A DNA stretch of 64,000 bases from an uncultured delta proteobacterium. GTDB taxonomy: Bacteria > Desulfobacterota > WTBG01 > JAGOGO01. The stretch spans positions 9,822 through 73,821 of the forward strand of contig CAVTQE010000023.1 in NCBI GenBank assembly GCA_963736755.1. Reading direction: 5' to 3'. Of this stretch, positions 10,995 to 20,609 are shown piece by piece. Numbering within the stretch: the first letter of the stretch is position 1; the number at the start of each line of letters is the position of its first letter. The position numbers were made by a program, and so were the translations under genes. Below the pieces are notes generated by a model. That model worked only from the letters and a program-made list of their open reading frames with translations. It did no database searches and was not told the DNA's origin.

Positions 10995-12382
10995 ATGATA
11001 ATGCGATCCTTCGTGTTGCGGTCTTATATCGTTTCCCTTATGCTTTCCCTCGGAATGGAAGTGCATTTATTCTGCCCTGAAAGCCATTTCCGTCGAATCA
11101 ATACCCCTTTCCTTCTTTTTCATGATGGTGGGGATGATAATAGCCCTCTTTTCCTTGCAGGACTTTCTCCTTTTTCTCAGGGACAACCGGTAACTTTCTC
11201 ATCCTGGTGATCCTGTTTTTCCTGTCCGGACTAATTTCCGTTCTTTTTTCCCCCTTTTCCCAGTCTCTATGGGGCCAAGTGGCTTTTTCACTATGGCTTG
11301 TTCGTTGGAACTTCTTTTTCCCCTTTTTTCCTCTTTTCCCTTGAGAGGGGACTCGGCTTGTTTTTCTTAAAAACCATAGCCTCCATGAGTTGTTTATATG
11401 CTCTTGTGTCGATGATTGAAGTGATGGACAAGGACTTCTTGCGGCTTCTTTCGGATACGTTCCGCAATGGGGAACGGAATACTCGTCCACGGGTGGATTA
11501 GGCCTGGAGCCACGCTTCAACATCCGAATATTTTCGGTTGCTTCATGTCTCTCGGAATTCTCATTTTTATTTATCTGAAGGAGCGGTCCATGGTGAAAAG
11601 CTCAGTCTTCTTCCCTGCCGTACTGACGCTTTGCCTCGCCATGGTCTTTTCCACCTCCCAAAATGCCATGCTGATCCTCCTGATTCCCCTCGTTTTTCTT
11701 TTTTTCAACAGAAAGACGGCACCAACAGCCATTCTTGTCCTTCTCATGAGTGGTCTTTTACTGGCCACTATGGCCCCTTCCCGATCGAAAGCTCACCGAC
11801 CTGTGGAATGTCCTTGTGAACACGGAAAAAGCGACCACCGATCCAGGTGAGATACGTGATCAAGACATGACGAAGACTCCCGTGGCATACAACACCGCCG
11901 CAACCCGGCTCATGCTCTGGGAAAGCGCAATCAGGATGTTCAAGGATCATCCGGTATTCGGGATCGGGCCGGGCGGCTATAACCGGGCGTTAAAAGAGTA
12001 TGCCTCACCATCGCTCCTTGCCGTCGAAAAACCGAAAATCGATCGGGAATACCTGAATGCCCACAACGGGCTTTTCAATCTCCTGGCGGAATTCGGGATC
12101 GCAGGCACCATCCTGGCCATCCTTATTTTCCTGCTCCTCCTCAGGAAAATAATCCAGCGATATGGACCCGTTTCTTCCTCACCGGTCTATGCCATCGTGC
12201 TCGGAATTGTGCTCTCCTTTTGTCCCGACGCTTTTTTTTACAGTCGGTTCTACATGGTGCTCTCTTTATCCCTTCTTTTCTTCTTTGCCTTCCATCGTGA
12301 GGCTCGCCCCAATGCTATCTCGACGCCGTCGAAGAAACCGGTATCCTCAAAGGAGGACAAGGGGGCTTCGTCGCCAGTGTGA
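10995..12382 (+). pseudogene. O-antigen ligase (Wzy_C) family membrane protein, several frame breaks
   Basis: Fragments ...ATLQHPNIFGCFMSLGILIF... and ...RLMLWESAIRMFKDHPVFGIGPGGYN...YLNAHNGLFNLLAEFGIAG... in different frames. Confidence 0.55.
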
Positions 12383-12439
12383 ACCGGGCGTCCCGCGCCC
12401 AAAACCTCCCATCATCCCACTTCTGCAAATAACCGGGGT

Positions 12440-12925
12440 TTATTTGCCGGGTGAGACCTGAATTTTTTTTATATATTCACTGCTGGAATGGCCTTTGGGA
12501 TCGCCAACAATGGCAATGCGGGCGTTAAGGGATATAGCGGTGTCACGTTCCGGAACGTTTTCCACGGTATAATCAGTTCCTTTAGCAAATACGTGGGGCC
12601 GGATTTTTCTTAAAATTTCATCAACAGTTGGCTCAGAAAAAAGGGTGAGGTAGTCAACATACACCGAGGAGCAAATAATTTCGAGACGTTCATTTTCCGG
12701 CATGAGGGGACGCCCTTCCTTTTTTGTTTTCCTCACTGACTCATCACTGTTTACCCCAACGACGAGTATATCTCCCTTTTGCTTCGCTCCGCGCAGACAG
12801 CGAATTGCTCCGCGCAGACAGCGCATATGGCCAAAGGTCAAAACATCCGTTGACGAACACTATCTTTTGGCGATTTTTTCTGTGTCCTTCGAAAACCGCT
12901 ATAGGCTTTTCTGGTGAGCAAGAAT
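12440..12925 (-). CDS. hldC: D-glycero-beta-D-manno-heptose 1-phosphate adenylyltransferase (RfaE domain II type), 5' end frame-broken, with 21-bp internal tandem duplication
   Basis: ...GDILVVGVNSDESVRKTKKEGRPLMPENERLEI...VFAKGTDYT...; upstream frame gives KIVFVNGCFD. Adjacent to the heptose kinase gene. Confidence 0.75.
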
Positions 12926-12935
12926 AATCTTCGCT

Positions 12936-14012
12936 TCATTCATCGTATTTTTTCACTGCCTCCAAAAGTTCTTCCCGCGTTAGCACCGCTGTACCGCTTT
13001 TCGTTACTACCACCCCCGCGGCGCAGGTAGCGAGGATAGCGGCGTCATGAAATCCGGCACCTGAAGCTACGGCAAGGGTAAAAACGGCGACCACGGCATC
13101 CCCCGCACCGGTTATGTCAGTGATATCATGGTGCCTTAATATAGGAATATGAGAGAATTTCGCGGGTTTCTCCAAAAGGCTCATCCCTCGATTCCCCCGG
13201 GTAATAAGCACAGCCTTTAATTTTAATTTATCCATCAAGATATGTGCGGCCCGCTCCAGTGCCTGATCATCAAAAAGTCGCTTGCGAACTGCCTTTTCAG
13301 TCTCTGATTCGTTTGGAGTGACCGCAGTTACCCCCCGAAACCGCATTATTTGGTAGCGAGAGTCTGCGATGATGATCTTCTGCTTGGCTAAATTCTGAAT
13401 CAAAGAAATGATCCGATCTGAAACCACTCCGTACCCATGGTCAGAGACGATAATGACATCTATGTCGCGGGATAACTTTTTGAACTGGTCGTAGATTTTT
13501 TCCTGGAGCCGCGCAGGAATTAGTTCCTGGTTAACTTTATCTATCCTGATGACTTGTTGTCTGGAGGTGTGTTCATCTCCCGCCATGATCCTGGTTTTGG
13601 AAACCGTATTAACAATATGAGAGCGAAGGAGCCCGTCAACATCCACCCCGCTCTTCTTTAATTGGTTGAGCATACTATTGCCTGCCTCGTCATTTCCCAG
13701 GATTCCCACCGCGCATACCTTGCCGCCGAAGCTCGCCAGGTTATGCGCGACGTTTCCTGCTCCACCGGGAACAATATCTTCCCCTTCATGACGAATAACC
13801 ACCACCGGGGCCTCACGAGAAAGCTGAAACGGTTTTCCATAGAGGTACACATCAGCAATGTAGTCCCCGATTACCAATACTTTCGGCTGGGGAAATTTTT
13901 TTATAATTTCTTCGAGATATTTTTCTTTGGTTTGTGAAGGCTCTTTTTTTATCCCAAACGGGGGCCTTCCCTGAGCTTTACCTGTACCGTGCCTTTTTTT
14001 TTGATAGATCAT
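12936..14012 (-). CDS. hldA: D-glycero-beta-D-manno-heptose-7-phosphate kinase (RfaE domain I, PfkB family)
   Basis: VLVIGDYIADVYLYGKPFQLSREAPVVV...GGAGNVAHNLASFGG... and C-terminal GAGDAV motif. Confidence 0.85.
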   Translation of the reverse strand: MIYQKKRHGTGKAQGRPPFGIKKEPSQTKEKYLEEIIKKFPQPKVLVIGDYIADVYLYGKPFQLSREAPVVVIRHEGEDIVPGGAGNVAHNLASFGGKVCAVGILGNDEAGNSMLNQLKKSGVDVDGLLRSHIVNTVSKTRIMAGDEHTSRQQVIRIDKVNQELIPARLQEKIYDQFKKLSRDIDVIIVSDHGYGVVSDRIISLIQNLAKQKIIIADSRYQIMRFRGVTAVTPNESETEKAVRKRLFDDQALERAAHILMDKLKLKAVLITRGNRGMSLLEKPAKFSHIPILRHHDITDITGAGDAVVAVFTLAVASGAGFHDAAILATCAAGVVVTKSGTAVLTREELLEAVKKYDE

Positions 14013-15070
14013 AGTCCCTTCCTTGTTTGATCAAGAAATTCTTCACAGGCTTTCACAACCTTCTCTACTGAGAGGTTCCTCATGCAACGATTATCAGTAG
14101 GACAAACCTTGAGCTGACATGGGCTGCATTCTAACTCTTCGCGTAATAGTTTCGTCTTTTCCAAACCATAGTTGGTATACCGGGGATCCGTGGATCCCAT
14201 CATGACTATGACCGGAACATCAAACGCAACCGCAAAGTGCCGGGGGCCGGTATCATTCGTGACTACCAGGGCGGCATCACTGATAATCGCCTTGAGGTAT
14301 TCGAGCGAGATATCTTCTGGGGTAAAAACAAACGGGCGGTTACGCATCAATGATGCAATCCGCAAAGCAATCGCTTCTTCACCTGGACCGGCAATGATGA
14401 TCACCTGCGCACCATATTTTTCAATCAAAAAATCCCCCGCCTGAGCAAAATATTCCGGTGGCCAGAGTTTAGACGGACCAAAACTTCCTCCGGGGACCAG
14501 GATCACCAACGGTTTCTCCTGATCAATTCCCCGGCGTTGGTAAAGCGTGTTCACCGCTTCACGGGTATCGCTCAGAAAGGTAAGCACCGTGCGTTCGGAA
14601 GAGATCGCATAGTGCATCGCGTTGCAAATATTTAGGTACCGTTCGACCATGGGGATGGGGATATTTTTCCCCTTTTCCCGGGGGGGAGGAATTTTGTGGG
14701 TCAACATAAACCCCCGGAGGTTAGTATTGTAGCCAACGCGCATAGGAATTCCTGCTAAGAAAGAAACTGCCGCGGAACTAAACGAATTGGGCAAGATAAG
14801 AGAAAGATCAAAACCCGATTTTTTCAACTTCCGGCTCAACGAAAACTTCTTTTTCCACGGCCGGTGCAAAGACTTTGAATCGTATTCGATAATTTCATCA
14901 TAATAAGGAAGGCCTTCGACAACCTTCCGCACTTGAGGACGCACTAACAGCGCAATATGCGCGTCAGGGTTGTTTTCCCGGATTGCTCGCAATGCGGGTG
15001 TAGCCATAACTACGTCGCCGACCCAACTCGGACAATGAACTAAAATATTATTGTGCTTTTTTCGTGGCAT
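14009..15070 (-). CDS. LPS heptosyltransferase (glycosyltransferase family 9)
   Basis: ILVHCPSWVGDVVMATPALRAIRE...; C-terminal NDTGPRHFAVAF...GSTDP. Start moved to MPRKKHN (15070). Confidence 0.85.
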   Translation of the reverse strand: MPRKKHNNILVHCPSWVGDVVMATPALRAIRENNPDAHIALLVRPQVRKVVEGLPYYDEIIEYDSKSLHRPWKKKFSLSRKLKKSGFDLSLILPNSFSSAAVSFLAGIPMRVGYNTNLRGFMLTHKIPPPREKGKNIPIPMVERYLNICNAMHYAISSERTVLTFLSDTREAVNTLYQRRGIDQEKPLVILVPGGSFGPSKLWPPEYFAQAGDFLIEKYGAQVIIIAGPGEEAIALRIASLMRNRPFVFTPEDISLEYLKAIISDAALVVTNDTGPRHFAVAFDVPVIVMMGSTDPRYTNYGLEKTKLLREELECSPCQLKVCPTDNRCMRNLSVEKVVKACEEFLDQTRKGL

Positions 15071-15371
15071 AACAACATCCCGCGCTGTGCGATGGGGGGT
15101 CGAAACAACCCATCCACCACACACCACCCATCAAACAAAAATGAATGCACCTCACGTGTGATATCCTTGAACGGCAAAGTGGTTTCACCGCTTTTTTTCG
15201 CTCAAAAATAGCAAGGTGCGTAAGACTAATCAGGAGAGGAGTTAATTTAGAAAGGGAACCCTTCCTAACCTTTGTCAACCCAGAGTTTGAGCATTTCGGT
15301 TGGGATAAATAAAAAGGATTCGCATTTGCCCTTTTCACTATAGTATAATTCTTAAAATTAATAATTGTTTT

Positions 15372-15556
15372 GCCATTTACCCCGTTAGAAATGCCCTGCT
15401 TGCCTTGTTAGATATCAAATATTTAACAAGGTAAAGAACCACGGGGTAAACTTTAAAAAAATTTTTACACTTTTTCACACGGGGCATTCATCCCGTTAGA
15501 AAATTTTCTAATGGGATTTACCCTGTGTGAAATCTTTCTAACGGGGTTTCACGTTA
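15372..15556 (+). repeat. CCCCGTTAG-family multi-hairpin repeat element, copy A
   Basis: Colinear with the reverse complement of 20296-20472. Contains palindromes ccttgttagatatcaaatatttaacaagg (15403-15431) and cccgttagaaaattttctaatggg. Confidence 0.75.
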
Positions 15557-15736
15557 ATGAAAAGCCTTTAATCTTTTGCAAGGCTACAATCTTTCTTACC
15601 TTAAATAAAAAAATATATTATTATTACTTAATCAATAAGAAATCAACCATAGAAAAAGAGGATTTTCTTGACTGGGTTGAAAATATTGGCTAAAAAAACA
15701 TTATTATCAATTTGTTAAATTAAAAAAGGCACGCGC

Positions 15737-16552
15737 ATGTCCTCTGAGTACAAACAGCCCCTTATGAGAAACCTTCGGTACTATCTCCGGAAAAGTTGCG
15801 GTAAAGTCTCGATAGAGTGCAATCGGCTCCAAAAACTCTGGAAGCTGGAGGATAAAATTTCTTATCAATTCTCCGACTGGGAACTTTTAAACCAGGCTCT
15901 TACTCATAAATCTTATGCTTATGAGGTTCTCAAAAACAATGGTAAACACTATGAGATGTTAGAATTTCTGGGTGATGCAGTTCTGGATATGGTGATTAGT
16001 CATCTCCTGATGAAAAAGTATCCCGAAGCCACTGAAGGAGAACTCTCGAAAAGCCGTTCTTCTCTGGTTAATACCAAAAGGCTCTCCATCCTCGCCCGTC
16101 AGTTTGGTTTAGGAGAATATATCCTCTTAGGTAAAGGCGAAGATCAAAGCCAGGGCCGTTCCAAACCAACGATCCTTACGTGTGTTTATGAAGCATTAAT
16201 TGGAGCGATTTATTTGGATGGAGGCTTTGATAAGGTCGCCAAAGTAATCCATTCCCATTTTGAACAACTGTTATCCCATAAATTATCAAAAGGAATTTAT
16301 CGGGATTTTAAAAGCCGGCTCCAGGAATATGTGCAAGGCACCCTTAAAACCATTCCTGAATACCATGTGTTGAGTGAATCAGGCCCCCCGCATGCAAAAG
16401 AATTTGCGATCCATATTAAAATAAATGGAAAAGCTTATGGTAGTGGCCGCGGGAAAAGCAAGAAAGAGGCCCAACAGCGTGCGGCCATGGCAACCCTCAA
16501 ACAACTCGGTCTTTCCGCCAAACCCCCTTCTGCTAAAAGACCAAACCCATGA
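15737..16552 (+). CDS. rnc: Ribonuclease III
   Basis: ALTHKSYAYE...YEMLEFLGDAVLD signature, C-terminal dsRBD (EYHVLSESGPPHAKEF...GRGKSKKEAQQRAA). About 35 aa N-terminal extension if ATG 15737 is used. Confidence 0.9.
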   Translation: MSSEYKQPLMRNLRYYLRKSCGKVSIECNRLQKLWKLEDKISYQFSDWELLNQALTHKSYAYEVLKNNGKHYEMLEFLGDAVLDMVISHLLMKKYPEATEGELSKSRSSLVNTKRLSILARQFGLGEYILLGKGEDQSQGRSKPTILTCVYEALIGAIYLDGGFDKVAKVIHSHFEQLLSHKLSKGIYRDFKSRLQEYVQGTLKTIPEYHVLSESGPPHAKEFAIHIKINGKAYGSGRGKSKKEAQQRAAMATLKQLGLSAKPPSAKRPNP

Positions 16553-17875
16553 AAAGTATCATCGCCATTGTGGGCAGGCCCAATGTCGGTAAATCTACCC
16601 TCTTCAACCGCTTAGCCCGGAAGCCAAAGGCAATTATTGACGATCTTCCCGGGGTAACCCGAGACCGCAACTATGCTGAAGTTGAATGGGGTGACTCTTC
16701 TTTCACTCTTATCGATACCGGAGGATTCGAGCTTGAACCCCATCAAGCATTATCCCGCTTGGTCCAGGAACAAGCTCGCTTAGCCATTGAAGAAGCAGAT
16801 ATCATCCTTTTTCTCACTGATGGCCGTGAAGGGCTTACTCCGGTTGACAAAGATTTGATCAGTCTTCTCCGGACGATCCCTAAACCTATCTTCCACTGTA
16901 TCAATAAAATTGATGGCCCCCGCCATGAAGAAAACCTTTACGACTTTTTCCAGATGGGGATTGACCAGTGGTTCACCATCGCGGCTAAGCACAACCGCGG
17001 GGTAAGCGAATTAATGGATGAGGTAATCAAGGCCCTTCCCAAGAAAAAACTCTCATCGGAAGAGGAAAGTGCCATTAAGATCGCGGTGTTGGGTCGTCCC
17101 AACGTTGGAAAATCATCATTAGTCAATCGAATCCTCGGCTATAACCGCGTTATTGTCAGTGAAACTCCCTGGAACGACCCGGGATGCGATTGATACGCCT
17201 TTTAGGTTTAAAGGCAAGCGATACATTATCATTGACACTGCCGGGATCCGGAAAAAAAGCCGGATTGGCTACCAACTCGAAAAGTATTGCGTGGTAGAAG
17301 CATTACGAGCAATTGAACGGTGTGATGTGAGTTTGATCCTGATTGATGCCCAGGAAGGAATCACCGAACAGGATGTAAAAATTGCCGGTCAGGTCTATCA
17401 AAAAGGAAAGGGCTGCGTGGTGGTAGTCAATAAGTGGGACGTGATCCAAAAGGATAACTCCACCATCGGGACCTATGTGGAGAAAATAAAAGACAAAATG
17501 AAATTTCTTGACTTTGTCCCGCTTATCTTTGTCTCTGCCCTCTCCGGCCAGAGGGTGTCAAAAATATTGGATAAGGTTTACGACTGCTTTACGCAATGCC
17601 AAAAAAGGATCGAAACCGCTGAACTAAACCGTTTCCTGGCTCAGGTGATCAATGATCATCCTCCGTCCCACCATTGCGGAAAACAAATCAAATTTAAATA
17701 TCTCGCTCAGGTGGACATAAAGCCGCCCACCTTTGTTTTTTTCACTAATTTTCCCAAAGCCATTCACTTTTCTTACCAACGGTATCTTGCCAATCAGTTG
17801 CGGGAGGCCTACGGTTTTGAAGGCGCTCCGCTTCGGCTCTTTTTCCGGGGAAGGGAAAGAAAAACCACCCCATAA
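16549..17875 (+). CDS. der: Ribosome-associated GTPase Der/EngA (two G domains), one frame break at 17167-17169
   Basis: GRPNVGKST twice, DTGG, C-terminal KH-like domain. Removing one C of CCC 17167-17169 restores SETPGTTRDAIDT. Confidence 0.9.
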
Positions 17876-17985
17876 TATTTGCTTAAACATAGTATCAGAA
17901 AGGCAGGTCGCTTACCCGTCAGTAAAAAGCTGTTAACCACGTGGTCGGCGATTCGAGTCCGTCCCGGGGAGTTAATGATTTCAAA

Positions 17986-18016
17986 GGGTTAGCAAAATAT
18001 TGCTAATCCTTTTTTT
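17986..18016 (+). terminator. Rho-independent terminator after der
   Basis: Stem gggttagca (17986-17994) / tgctaatcc (18001-18009), then T-run 18010-18016. Confidence 0.6.
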
Positions 18017-18195
18017 AAATTGTCAAGTTTTTGTAAAGTAGATTTTCTCCCCTCAAAGCTTTATCCAAGAAACTCACCGCCTTAACCTTATGAGAAGGGA
18101 CCAAGTGTGCATAACGCAGGGTCATAGTAAGAGTTTTATGCCCCAATAACTCCTTTACGGTAGTCTAATCAACTCCCGCCATAACCAACTGTGAA
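18015..18195 (-). pseudogene. C-terminal remnant of a tyrosine recombinase / phage integrase
   Basis: Own translation: SQLVMAGVD*TTVKELLGHKTLTMTLRYAHLVPSHKVKAVSFLDKAL... It has the conserved LGH...TxxYxH box with the catalytic Tyr, an in-frame TAG, and no N-terminal part. Confidence 0.7.
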
Positions 18196-18552
18196 AGTCA
18201 GGAGTTGACTATACAGGGATTGTCAAAGGTGATGGTGACTTCTTCCTGAAATGTTGATTTCAACTTTTTCTGCCTCCATGCAACATTTCAAACAGTAATA
18301 AACGGAACAAATCCGAGTGTTGATCTGTTTTCCGTATCGAATCCTTCTGCAGGGGATACATCATGGCAGCTATTCTCCGTATGGGGTGAGAGACCATCCT
18401 GCCATGGTATAGTCTTACCAGCCAAAGGTTTTTGCTGGGCTTGCCCGTGAGGTTTTAGCGGAAACTCCAATATCTTAGGTCAATTTTTCTTGACAAATTA
18501 TCCCCCTTTTTTGTATGGTTAATTATTATCAGAGCAATTCACTTCGTATGCT

Positions 18553-18861
18553 ATGAAATTTACCCCAAGAGAAAAAACGCGCAAGACAATCCCACAGAAA
18601 ACCACGCGCCGCCGGTTTTTGGCGCAAGTCCTGACTGTGGCCGGAGCCATCGCAGTGCCGATCCTCGGGTTCTGCCAGACCCCGGGCATGGAGCGGCGCC
18701 AGGATCGCCGCGGGGACCGGACAGATCGGATGGAACAGCGCGGCGACAAGATGGTGGAACGCAGCGACGACCCCATTGGAATCAGGGGACCGCAGCGGCG
18801 TGAAGACCGGAGCGATCTCCGTGGAGACCGTCGCAATGATCGGCGCGAGCGAATCTATTAA
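18553..18861 (+). CDS. Tat-signal protein with Arg/Asp-rich low-complexity mature region
   Basis: TRRRFLAQVLTVAGAIAVP twin-arginine signal, then RRQDRRGDRTDRMEQRGD...REDRSDLRGDRRNDRRERIY. Possible TTGACA/TATGGT promoter at 18490-18519. Confidence 0.55.
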   Translation: MKFTPREKTRKTIPQKTTRRRFLAQVLTVAGAIAVPILGFCQTPGMERRQDRRGDRTDRMEQRGDKMVERSDDPIGIRGPQRREDRSDLRGDRRNDRRERIY

Positions 18862-18882
18862 AAGCAAGAGAAGAGTGATTTT

Positions 18883-19653
18883 ATGAAAGGAAGCGTTTTT
18901 TGTTTTGCCCTCGTGGCCATTTTTCTCATTACGTTCAGTCCGACCGCCTCTGCCGAAAACCCGTCGGTGGCCCGCATGGCGTTTTTCCACGCCAAGCCTG
19001 GCGCCAAGGCCCAGATGGAAGAAGCCATCAAGAAACAGATGGACTGGCGCCGGGAACAGAAGGACGACTGGGGGTGGCTCACATGGGAGTATGTCAGCGA
19101 CGAAGTGGGCCGATATGCCGTGGCCACCTTCGGCCACGCCTGGCAGGACTTCGATCAGCCCAAAATATTGCCATCGGTTGAAGAGGGTTTACAGAAGGAT
19201 TTGGCCAGCCTGTGTCTCACCCCTGTAGTGGTTCAGTATTTCGATCATCTGGAGGAAGTCAGCGCATTGGGGACGGTGAAGGAGACCCCCAATGTGGCCG
19301 AGATCGCCGTCTTCCAGGTTCAGTTTGGTAAGGCTGTGCAGTTCTACGAAGCCATACGACAGTTCCACAACGCACTTCGGAAGGCGGGGTCGCCACAGCG
19401 CTATGAGTGGTTTGAACTGCTCAGCGGCGGCGAGGAGCCGCAGTTTATGTTGTTTCTACCGCGGCGCAACTGGGCCGCCTTCGACACACAGAGCGGCTTT
19501 TTGCTGGAGGTATTGGAGAAATCCGTGGGAACGAAGAAGGCCAGTGAACTGTTCGCACAATTCACAGCCACCGTGAAGAACTGTCGGCGTTACGCCGTCC
19601 GCCTACGCCCTGATCTCTCCAACTTGCCGACTTCCCCACTACTCAAGAGATAA
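18883..19653 (+). CDS. Secreted hypothetical protein (signal peptide, two similar alpha+beta halves)
   Basis: 256 aa ORF; N-terminal FCFALVAIFLITFSPTASA signal. GC-rich, co-oriented with 18553. Confidence 0.55.
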   Translation: MKGSVFCFALVAIFLITFSPTASAENPSVARMAFFHAKPGAKAQMEEAIKKQMDWRREQKDDWGWLTWEYVSDEVGRYAVATFGHAWQDFDQPKILPSVEEGLQKDLASLCLTPVVVQYFDHLEEVSALGTVKETPNVAEIAVFQVQFGKAVQFYEAIRQFHNALRKAGSPQRYEWFELLSGGEEPQFMLFLPRRNWAAFDTQSGFLLEVLEKSVGTKKASELFAQFTATVKNCRRYAVRLRPDLSNLPTSPLLKR

Positions 19654-19882
19654 AATAGGGCAAGCGGCAATTATAGCTCCCAAACCTCCTAACCCTTCTA
19701 ATTTTTCTAATCCTTTTACAAAAATTCCTTCAATATTCCTGTTTTTTTCTTCTGGATAGGCGCCACAATTTCTTAGCTCCCCATCCGAGCACTGATCGTA
19801 GGCAGACCAAAACAAGATTGCTCCCGGCGCCTCATTTCTATAAATAAGCTTAATCAGTTAGAAACAAGCTCAACAACAAAAA

Positions 19883-20191
19883 CTAAATAGTTTCGGGCTG
19901 ACAACCTCTCACGACGATGGCTTTAGAAATGGTTGACAGCTCCCTTAATGCGGCAATTTCCAGGTAGTCGGCTGAGGTAAAACAATGCATGAGCAGTTCA
20001 AAGCTTTCAAATTCGATCACCGCAATCCTCTCTGGATTCCAATTGCCGGATAAAGGAGTTACTTCTCCCCCCCGCGCTAAAAATCGTCCCCCGTATTTTT
20101 TAAATACCTCATCAAGTTTTTCTCCATAGCGAGAAAAGACTTCCTTATCTGTGATTTTTGTCTCAACGATCATATAAACCGCCATCACCAA
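19883..20191 (-). CDS. DUF1330-family protein
   Basis: 102 aa ORF; ...GGRFLARGGEVTPLSGNWNPERIAVIEFESFE...YLEIAALR... matches my recollection of the DUF1330 pattern. Confidence 0.7.
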   Translation of the reverse strand: MVMAVYMIVETKITDKEVFSRYGEKLDEVFKKYGGRFLARGGEVTPLSGNWNPERIAVIEFESFELLMHCFTSADYLEIAALRELSTISKAIVVRGCQPETI

Positions 20192-20295
20192 CCTCCTAAA
20201 GAACTCTTTTCCTTTATGTTACCGGGTTTGTAAACGCAAAGCCAAACGTTATGTGCCCGTCCTGCTCTGTTTTTACGAAGTTATTTTCAGCAGGT

Positions 20296-20472
20296 TTCAA
20301 GTTTTTTCACGGTACCCCAGAAAACCCCGTTAGAAGGCTTTCACACGGAGCATAAACCCCGTGTAAAAAGGCGTAAAAATCTTTAATTGTACCCTGTGCT
20401 TCTTCACCCCGTTAGGTATTTGATATCTAACAGGGCAAGCAGGGCCTTTCAAACGGGGTAAACGCAAAACGA
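20296..20472 (-). repeat. CCCCGTTAG-family multi-hairpin repeat element, copy B (inverted relative to A)
   Basis: Its reverse complement aligns with 15372-15556. Palindrome cttcaccccgttaggtatttgatatctaacaggg at 20402-20435. Confidence 0.75.
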
Positions 20473-20540
20473 TATTCCAGCACATCCTGAAATCGGATTG
20501 TAGCATCATTTTGGCGCGATGAGAATGCCAAATTAAATTT

Positions 20541-20597
20541 AAAGTTTTAAGGGTTAAGGAATCAAACGAACAACTTAAAACTTAACACTTAAATCTT
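20541..20597. repeat. Word-hairpin block (T words)
   Basis: aaagttttaagggttaagg (20541-20559) versus cttaaaacttaacacttaaatctt (20574-20597). Confidence 0.7.
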
Positions 20598-20609
20598 AGA
20601 TCTTAATTC

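Noticed and set aside
16549-17875. Programmed ribosomal frameshift in der (and similarly in ABC-F, purL, Wza)
   Set aside because: There is no slippery heptamer or stimulatory structure. The break sits in a C homopolymer, and many unrelated genes show the same kind of break, so read or assembly indels are more likely.
17876-17975. Complete tRNA gene downstream of der
   Set aside because: Only a T-arm/acceptor-3'-like stub can be drawn. No matching 5' acceptor strand, D arm or anticodon arm is present upstream, and the T stem itself has a mismatch.
18529-19228. Long ORFs on the minus strand and in alternative plus frames (18529-19137, 18519-18836, 18858-19127, 18900-19181, 18905-19228)
   Set aside because: These are shadow ORFs typical of GC-rich DNA. 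They overlap the two plus-strand genes, which have signal peptides and sensible starts.
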